NCBI GenBank assembly: GCA_049426725.1
Contig: JBMSYN010000001.1
Coordinates: 32,003-96,002, forward strand
Direction of reading: 5' to 3'
Length of the DNA: 64,000 nucleotides
DNA from: Candidatus Kapaibacteriota bacterium
GTDB lineage: Bacteria > Bacteroidota > Ignavibacteria > Kapaibacteriales > UBA961
Shown: one piece after another, positions 59,897-64,000 of the stretch
Layout: each line of letters begins with the position of its first letter
How positions within the stretch are numbered: the stretch's first letter is position 1
Program-made: the position numbers and the translations under genes
The notes under the pieces: generated by a model
Seen by the model: the letters and a program-made list of their open reading frames with translations, nothing else
What the model was told of the DNA's origin: nothing
Databases searched by the model: none

Positions 59897-61324
59897 ATGG
59901 CAAGAAAACAACAGGAACCCATTTTTGAAACGCTCACCATTTCGGCAATGGGAAATGAGGGCGTTTCTATTGCCAGAAATGAAGAAGGAATTGTGAGATT
60001 CATCAAATATGGCGCACCAGGTGATACGGTCATAGCTGAGATTCGATCCAAAAGAAAAAAATATGCAGACGGCATTATCAAGGAAATTCTTGAGCCTTCA
60101 CAGTATAGAATAGATCCTACATGTCAATATTTTGGAACTTGCGGCGGATGTTCTTGGCAACATGTGGATTATAATCAACAATTGGCGTGGAAAAGACAAA
60201 TTGTAGAAGATGTTTGCACCCGAATAGGCAAATTTCCTCATCCTCCGATAGAACAAACGATTCCCTCTCCTAAGCAGTTTCATTATCGAAATAAAATGGA
60301 ATTCTCTTTTGGTTCAAGTTCTTGGCTTACCGAAGAGCAAATTTCCAGCAATGAAGAATTCACAAAAGGATTCGCACTTGGTTTACACATACCTGGAAGA
60401 TTTGATAAAATTCTCAATGTCCATGATTGTCATTTACAAAGAGAACAAGCAAATATTCTTCTTGAAGCCGTTCATGAAAAATCAAATGAATTATCACTCC
60501 AAGGATATGATCCACGCTCTCACGAGGGTTTTCTAAGAACTCTGCTGATTCGAACATCAGAATTCTCGGGAGAACTTATGGCTGTGTTGATAACCCAGCC
60601 GACAAAGCAAGAACATGAAGAATTGTTTTTATCGTGGTGGTATCAAATTCGCGAGCATTTTCCTTTCATCACTTCCGCTTTGCATTGTATCAATACTTCT
60701 TGGTCACCAATGGCACAGGGAGAAATCATACACTCTAGCGGACCGGAATTTATTACCGAATCAATTCTCGGTATTTCTTTCACCATTTCCCCATTCTCCT
60801 TCTTTCAAACTAATTCTTTTCAATTGGATCAATTTGTATCTGAAATTCTGAAACAGGCAGATATTACTGAGAATTCAATTGTCTGGGATTTATATTGTGG
60901 AGCCGGTACAATTACTTTGCCTGCTGCCAAGCTAGCTCGTAAAGTATATGGAATTGAATTGTCCGCATCTTCGATTGCTAATGCAAAACACAATCAACAG
61001 TTGAATTCTATTCATAATGTCTCTTTTTATGCTCACGATTTACATACTTCATCAACATTGAGCATTCTTCAGCAATTCGAAAGACCTGATATTATCATCG
61101 TAGATCCGCCAAGAGCAGGAATTCACGAAATGTTGTTACACCATATTATTTCCATTGCTTCACCAACAATTGTCTATGTAAGCTGCAATCCATCCACACA
61201 AGCACGCGATATTGCCATCCTTTCTGAGGCCTACGAGGTAACTTCAATCATTCCTGTAGACATGTTCCCTCAAACCGCTCATGTTGAAAGCATAGCAACA
61301 TTACAATTAAAAATGTCTTATTAG
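59897..61324 (+). CDS. rlmD: 23S rRNA (uracil-C5)-methyltransferase RlmD/RumA family
   Basis: A TRAM-like N-terminus, the Fe-S Cys motif CQYFGTCGGCSWQH and a SAM methyltransferase fold (DLYCGAGTITL) with DPPRAG are present. Confidence 0.8.
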   Translation: MARKQQEPIFETLTISAMGNEGVSIARNEEGIVRFIKYGAPGDTVIAEIRSKRKKYADGIIKEILEPSQYRIDPTCQYFGTCGGCSWQHVDYNQQLAWKRQIVEDVCTRIGKFPHPPIEQTIPSPKQFHYRNKMEFSFGSSSWLTEEQISSNEEFTKGFALGLHIPGRFDKILNVHDCHLQREQANILLEAVHEKSNELSLQGYDPRSHEGFLRTLLIRTSEFSGELMAVLITQPTKQEHEELFLSWWYQIREHFPFITSALHCINTSWSPMAQGEIIHSSGPEFITESILGISFTISPFSFFQTNSFQLDQFVSEILKQADITENSIVWDLYCGAGTITLPAAKLARKVYGIELSASSIANAKHNQQLNSIHNVSFYAHDLHTSSTLSILQQFERPDIIIVDPPRAGIHEMLLHHIISIASPTIVYVSCNPSTQARDIAILSEAYEVTSIIPVDMFPQTAHVESIATLQLKMSY

Positions 61325-61366
61325 TAATTTTTGGTATTTTGACCAATATATAACTTTCGATATGCC

Positions 61367-63376
61367 ATGATTAGTGTTCTTCTTTTCCTTCTTGTCATAC
61401 CTCATACTGTTTTTAGCCAAGACTCTACCGTTAGATATGGCAATGGTGCTCCTTATGCTTTTGGAATAATGTTTGGTTCAAGTATTATTTCTAATCAAAG
61501 CAGTATCGAAGTCCAACCCGGATCACCTGAATGCGGTATGTATGAGAAAGGGACATCAAATGGGTTGTCGCTTGGCATTTTTGGAGAATATACAGTCATC
61601 CCATCTTTTTTGAGTTTATCTAGTAGAGTTTATTTTGCTCAACATCCTTCATCTCTACAACATGATGGTTGCAATTATCCTGTGTATAACAGAAATACTT
61701 TCGTGTATGACACACTCAGCATAAGGAATGCATATACCATAAGTTTGGATAGATTTGTATTTGACCTTGGGGCTTCCCTTTACCCAATCCCAGATATTCC
61801 CTTTTTTGTACGAATTGGTGCTTCAGCCGGATATGGTTTATCCGAGAATACATATCAAAAAACACAAACAGTTTTGTACCCAGAATATGTCGGATTTACA
61901 AGTAAAGACGATAGATATCGTGTAATTGAAACGGGTGAGGTAAAAACTAATTTCTTACTTGCCACCAATGCATCCATCGGATACTTTTTACCAATATCTC
62001 CAATAGTTGCTTTGATGCCTGAGATATCATATATGCAATCAATGAACAGCTTATTGAAAAATCAGGAGTGGAAATCGAGTTCATTCGACTTTCGCATAGG
62101 GATTGCTTATAGACCACTCGATAAAATTCAAAACACACCACTTCCAGCACCACCACCAGTGGAATTACCCGAGATCATTCCTCCTCCACCTGCAATTGCC
62201 ATCATAAATCCTGTTCAATTTGCTGCAATCGAAGCACCAAATTTAGAGTTACAACAAACAATTATCACTCAAACATTTCCAATTTTGCCATATATCTTTT
62301 TTGACTCATCCTCAACAATACCAAAATCCATTCATGTCGATGTGAATCCAGATTATGATGAAACACAAGTTACAGAAGATGCTTTAACTACCTATAACAA
62401 TATCCTCCCCATCATTGCCAAACGCATGATGAATCAACCAGAGGCAATGCTTGTTCTTACAGGAGCCACTGATGGGAAAGAGAAATCTACTATACAATTA
62501 AGAAAAGCATTGGGAATCCAGAGAGCTCAATCGATAAAAGATATCATGGTGCAATCATGGGGGATGAATCCTGATAGAATCATTGTGAAATCACGCGACC
62601 TACCTTCAAACTTGTCTAATGACGAATATATCGAAGGTGATGCAGAAAATAGAAGAGTCGAAATTGAATCTTCACATCCTGATATTCTCAATCCTGTCGT
62701 TTATTCGAAGTTCAATGAATTCGTCCCCATTCAACAACATTTACGATTAGCAATACTTTCAGATAGTACACAGAAGATAACCACATGGAACATTGAAATC
62801 AAACATCATGGTATACTTCTAAAAAAAATAAATGGAGAAGGATATCCACCAGAGTTTTTGGATATCCCGATAGATTCTGCAATTATATCGGGGATTGGTA
62901 ATCAGGTTTTGAATTTACGCGATTCGGTTGACATAGTCTTTCATTCACAAACTGATAAAGGAGAAGATTTCACTACAGAAACTTCAAAACCAATTATCAA
63001 ATCAAATAATACATTTGAATTAAGCAGACTCAGCTTGATTGTATTTGAATATGATGAAAGTTCATTATCTGATAAAAACAAAGCAATGATGAAGAACTTT
63101 TTACAAAATGAGATAAGAAAAGATTCAAAAGTTTTCATCATAGGTTCCACTGACAAACTTGGAGAGGTTCAATACAATTTGGAATTATCCGAAACAAGAG
63201 CCAAAACTGTTAAGTCTTTCCTAAAAAACATGCAACCGGACATCAATATCGTAACAGTGAAAGGTATTGGGATATCAACGAGATTGTTTGACAATTCCCT
63301 TCCAGAAGGAAGATACTATTGCCGAACAGTTTCAATAGAAGTTCAAAATCCTATTCAAGCATTGCCCGGCAAGTAA
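61367..63376 (+). CDS. OmpA-family outer-membrane protein with a Pro-rich linker and two tandem OmpA_C-like domains
   Basis: A signal peptide, an N-terminal beta-rich region and a PLPAPPPVELPEIIPPPP linker are present. OmpA_C motifs follow: LTGATDGKEK...GDAENRRVEIE, and IIGSTDKLGEVQYNLELSETRAKTV...RTVSIEV. Confidence 0.7.
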   Translation: MISVLLFLLVIPHTVFSQDSTVRYGNGAPYAFGIMFGSSIISNQSSIEVQPGSPECGMYEKGTSNGLSLGIFGEYTVIPSFLSLSSRVYFAQHPSSLQHDGCNYPVYNRNTFVYDTLSIRNAYTISLDRFVFDLGASLYPIPDIPFFVRIGASAGYGLSENTYQKTQTVLYPEYVGFTSKDDRYRVIETGEVKTNFLLATNASIGYFLPISPIVALMPEISYMQSMNSLLKNQEWKSSSFDFRIGIAYRPLDKIQNTPLPAPPPVELPEIIPPPPAIAIINPVQFAAIEAPNLELQQTIITQTFPILPYIFFDSSSTIPKSIHVDVNPDYDETQVTEDALTTYNNILPIIAKRMMNQPEAMLVLTGATDGKEKSTIQLRKALGIQRAQSIKDIMVQSWGMNPDRIIVKSRDLPSNLSNDEYIEGDAENRRVEIESSHPDILNPVVYSKFNEFVPIQQHLRLAILSDSTQKITTWNIEIKHHGILLKKINGEGYPPEFLDIPIDSAIISGIGNQVLNLRDSVDIVFHSQTDKGEDFTTETSKPIIKSNNTFELSRLSLIVFEYDESSLSDKNKAMMKNFLQNEIRKDSKVFIIGSTDKLGEVQYNLELSETRAKTVKSFLKNMQPDINIVTVKGIGISTRLFDNSLPEGRYYCRTVSIEVQNPIQALPGK

Positions 63377-63852
63377 ATTGTCAATTCATTTGATGTTGGA
63401 TCATATTCATTTCTGAATATTGGCAGTGTAGTTGCCGAACCTTGTTTTGGTTGTACGAGAACTTCACCTGTAGTTGGACTGAATTCCGCAAAATGACATG
63501 GGCAGAACAATGTGGACTTATCAACAGATGGTAGATTTACTGTGCAGCCTTGATGCGTACAAATCGAAGAAACAACAAGGAATTTTGTTTGATCTAATCG
63601 TATGATGATGATATCATTTCCTTCATTAGCAGTTGCTTCATTGTGATATACTGCTCCTCCTATTGAACCCAGTGCAGAAAATTCCGCCTTTTTTAAATCC
63701 AAGATAAAAGGAATTACATTGACATTGCTGCTAACGATTTCTTCATTTGTTTCACATGCTTGTAAAAGTGCAATCAATGAGCCGGAACACATCGCTATGC
63801 CAATACTTTGCATGGATTGCTTCAAAAAAATACGCCTTTGTTCTTCAATCAT
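63355..63852 (-). CDS. Rieske [2Fe-2S] domain protein with a Tat signal (possible lipoprotein)
   Basis: The Tat motif RRIFLKQSMQSIGIAMCSGSLIALLQAC and Rieske boxes CTHQGC...CPCHFAEF are present. The 3' end overlaps the ompA-like gene by 22 bp. Confidence 0.75.
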   Translation of the reverse strand: MIEEQRRIFLKQSMQSIGIAMCSGSLIALLQACETNEEIVSSNVNVIPFILDLKKAEFSALGSIGGAVYHNEATANEGNDIIIIRLDQTKFLVVSSICTHQGCTVNLPSVDKSTLFCPCHFAEFSPTTGEVLVQPKQGSATTLPIFRNEYDPTSNELTIYLPGNA

Positions 63853-63899
63853 GTTCGTGTCGTATTAATAAAACAAATGTAATTGAGCACCCCATCTTC

Positions 63900-64000
63900 C
63901 TATAATTCCGGGGCGATAGGTATCAAACATTCTGTATTCGGGACGAAATTCCACATTTGGCAAAAGAAATACCTGCAGCCCAATAACATATTGTCTAATG
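63900..64000 (-). CDS. 3' end of an unidentified minus-strand gene extending beyond the window end
   Basis: The reading frame is open to the window end and terminates at ~63900 (...FVPNTECLIPIAPEL*). No family was assigned. Confidence 0.25.
   Translation of the reverse strand, partial: LDNMLLGCRYFFCQMWNFVPNTECLIPIAPEL

Noticed and set aside
1-64000. tRNA or rRNA genes, CRISPR arrays, IS elements, integrases or prophage genes
   Set aside because: None was detected. No T-loop-like GGTTCGAATCC motifs were found in the intergenic gaps. There are no direct-repeat arrays and no transposase-, integrase- or recombinase-like translations. All gaps over 100 bp are explained by promoters or terminators.

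Overview
Densely packed, mostly core chromosomal region of a low-GC (~37%) FCB-group bacterium. At least four proteins carry type IX secretion (T9SS) C-terminal sorting domains, and many genes have Shine-Dalgarno-like AGGAG/GGAG motifs 6-12 bp before their ATG. That combination suggests a non-Bacteroidia lineage such as Ignavibacteriota; this placement is inference. All calls below are from reading the six-frame translations by eye; no database search was run.

Gene content from left to right:
- 1-616: 3'-truncated acyl-CoA carboxyltransferase gene.
- 753-7267: two tandem ~1090-aa secreted paralogs, each with a BNR/Asp-box beta-propeller, Ig-like repeats and a T9SS C-terminal domain.
- 7303-10149: an APC-superfamily transporter and a LOG-family gene.
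- 10200-15010: an aldehyde dehydrogenase, an ECF sigma factor with its anti-sigma factor, and a CASTOR/POLLUX-like channel with two RCK domains.
- 15011-18774: pyrB, hup, a pgsA-pgpA fusion gene, pyrE and an RluA-family pseudouridine synthase.
- 18771-21808: a small Cys-rich membrane protein, a family-2 glycosyltransferase and rho.
- 21975-27183: the Rrf2-sufBCDS operon.
- 27301-34693: a long minus-strand run in transcription order exbB-exbD-exbD-tonB-(small membrane ORF)-PstS-like-(TPR fused to a TonB C-terminal domain)-TPR-birA.
- 34871-40634: prmC, carB, ftsY and a stand-alone CDP-alcohol phosphatidyltransferase.
- 40639-42972: a third propeller/Ig secreted protein.
- 43154-46376: a DUF1800/DUF1501 gene pair, the DUF1501 member carrying both a Tat signal and a T9SS C-terminal domain.
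- 46379-49652: a secreted TPR protein, pssA and coaE.
- 49795-51519: an orphan 2-oxo-acid dehydrogenase E2 with duplicated lipoyl domains.
- 51520-54813: a TonB-dependent receptor flanked by a His/Cys-rich small ORF and a His/Asp-rich lipoprotein.
- 54931-63852: a cytoplasmic TPR protein, mdh, a YfhO-like membrane protein, rlmD, an OmpA-family protein and a Tat-signal Rieske protein.

No tRNA or rRNA genes, CRISPR arrays, transposases, integrases or phage genes were seen.

The most interesting candidates are: the pgsA-pgpA fusion; the Tat-plus-T9SS DUF1501 with its DUF1800 partner; the tandem giant propeller paralogs; the TonB-dependent receptor locus with His-rich flanking proteins; the candidate Rrf2 operator; and the C-rich, G-poor rho leader or N-terminal extension.

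Manually located coordinates (terminators, inverted repeats, alternative starts) may be off by 1-2 nt. A hand count against the ORF track near sufD/sufS showed a one-nucleotide discrepancy.
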